DNA of 64,000 nucleotides from an uncultured delta proteobacterium (GTDB lineage Bacteria; Myxococcota; Myxococcia; Myxococcales; Myxococcaceae): NCBI GenBank assembly GCA_963771175.1, contig CAVYSY010000024.1, positions 32,001 to 96,000 of the forward strand, read 5' to 3'. Shown piece by piece: positions 63,034 to 64,000 of this stretch (position 1 is its first letter; each line of letters starts with the position of its first letter). The notes under the pieces were generated by a model. It saw only the letters and a program-made list of their open reading frames with translations, ran no database searches and was not told where the DNA came from. The position numbers and the translations under genes were made by a program.

Positions 63034-63963
63034 TCAAGGTCCCGTCTGTTGGCGCCGGCCCGCCGGGTTCTTGCAGTTCACGACGGCCTGGTTGGCGAGG
63101 CCCATGAACTCGGGCTCCGAGCCCAGCAGTCTGTCGAGATCATCATCCTGGAACGAGCCCTCGGCGAGAGCGTAGCCGAGCTTCACCGCCTGCCGCAGTG
63201 ACTCCATCGCCCGAGGCTTGTCGGCGAGCTGACTGTAGGCACAGGCCAGGTGGTAGTGGATGCTGGGCTCGCGCGCGTTGAGGTTGCGCGCCCGGAGCAG
63301 CGCGTCGATGGCCTCGCTCGCCTGGCGGCGCATGAGCTGCGCGGTACCCAGCCCGAAGAAGGCCACCCAGTTGCGGTCGTCGTGGGTGATGCTGCGCTCG
63401 AACTCGGCCACCGAGCCACTCACGTCCTTCAGCTCCACCAGCAGCCGGTTGGCCTTCTCCAGCGACTCCTTGGCGGCCTCGGGGTTGCGCTTCTCCGTGC
63501 GCAGGCGCGCCACGGAGGACACTCCGGTGCGAGCCTGGGTCGCCGCGGGCACCGCCGCTGGGGCCGGCAGCAGCAACAGCAGCCCCTCCTCGCCCAGCAC
63601 CGGCGACTGGCACCCTTTCCGCGGCCGCACCCAGGCCGTCAGCGAGCGATCCACCGGGCTGTAGAAGGCGAGGATGGGGAGCGTCTCCTCCGCGGGGCAC
63701 GAGGTCCCCCGCAGGCACACGGTGAGCTGCCCCACCAGCACGTTGCCCTGGAACTCGCCCTCCAGCACCGGACGCCGGCGCCCGGAGCCGCAGGCCCCAC
63801 CCTCGGTGGCATACGCCACCAGCCGCTCGCGCTCGGTGCTCACCTCCACCCGACCCAGCACGTCCGCCTGGTAGCTCCCCGAAAGGACGACTCCCGCCCA
63901 CGCGGAGACCGGGGCTGCGGCGATGAGGGCCGCGAGGCCGATTGTTCTAGAAACGGACGTCAT
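63034..63963 (-). CDS. Secreted TPR-containing protein
   Basis: Signal peptide; Cys-containing N-domain; TPRs with YHLACAYS..A...L..AV..GY. Confidence 0.78.
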   Translation of the reverse strand: MTSVSRTIGLAALIAAAPVSAWAGVVLSGSYQADVLGRVEVSTERERLVAYATEGGACGSGRRRPVLEGEFQGNVLVGQLTVCLRGTSCPAEETLPILAFYSPVDRSLTAWVRPRKGCQSPVLGEEGLLLLLPAPAAVPAATQARTGVSSVARLRTEKRNPEAAKESLEKANRLLVELKDVSGSVAEFERSITHDDRNWVAFFGLGTAQLMRRQASEAIDALLRARNLNAREPSIHYHLACAYSQLADKPRAMESLRQAVKLGYALAEGSFQDDDLDRLLGSEPEFMGLANQAVVNCKNPAGRRQQTGP

Positions 63964-64000
63964 GGAGTGGGAGCGGCGCCATCATAGGAGGCAGCTGGCT

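Overview
High-GC myxobacterial chromosome segment, inferred from the gene set (aglZ-like, aglU-like, tsaP-like, aglRQS-type motor genes). From ~6.5 kb onward it reads as mostly core genome: polysaccharide GT and O-antigen ligase, yihA, coaE, argD, hslUV, xerC, trmFO, DksA-like, TolQ/ExbD x2, topA-dprA-tsaP-cpoB-pgeF, diguanylate cyclase, DegP, GH57 locus, aglZ, glnE, ilvE, Fic-like, DHH, cysteine desulfurase and a Ser/Thr kinase. Many genes carry 1-2 nt indels that look like read or assembly errors. The first 6.5 kb looks accessory: a compositionally atypical DegT-family aminotransferase, a tandemly duplicated two-gene cassette, and an ErcA/ErcS-like pair. The best candidate for an undescribed system is the duplicated cassette (1208-3562). 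It encodes an acidic 142-aa protein and a Gly/Lys-rich, magainin-like amphipathic 152-aa protein with its own sigma28-like promoter and intrinsic terminator. The two copies differ almost only at synonymous sites. A TPR/coiled-coil protein with a HEPN-like RxxxxH C-terminus and a Fic protein lacking the catalytic His are secondary candidates. All calls come from motif recognition by eye; no searches were run.
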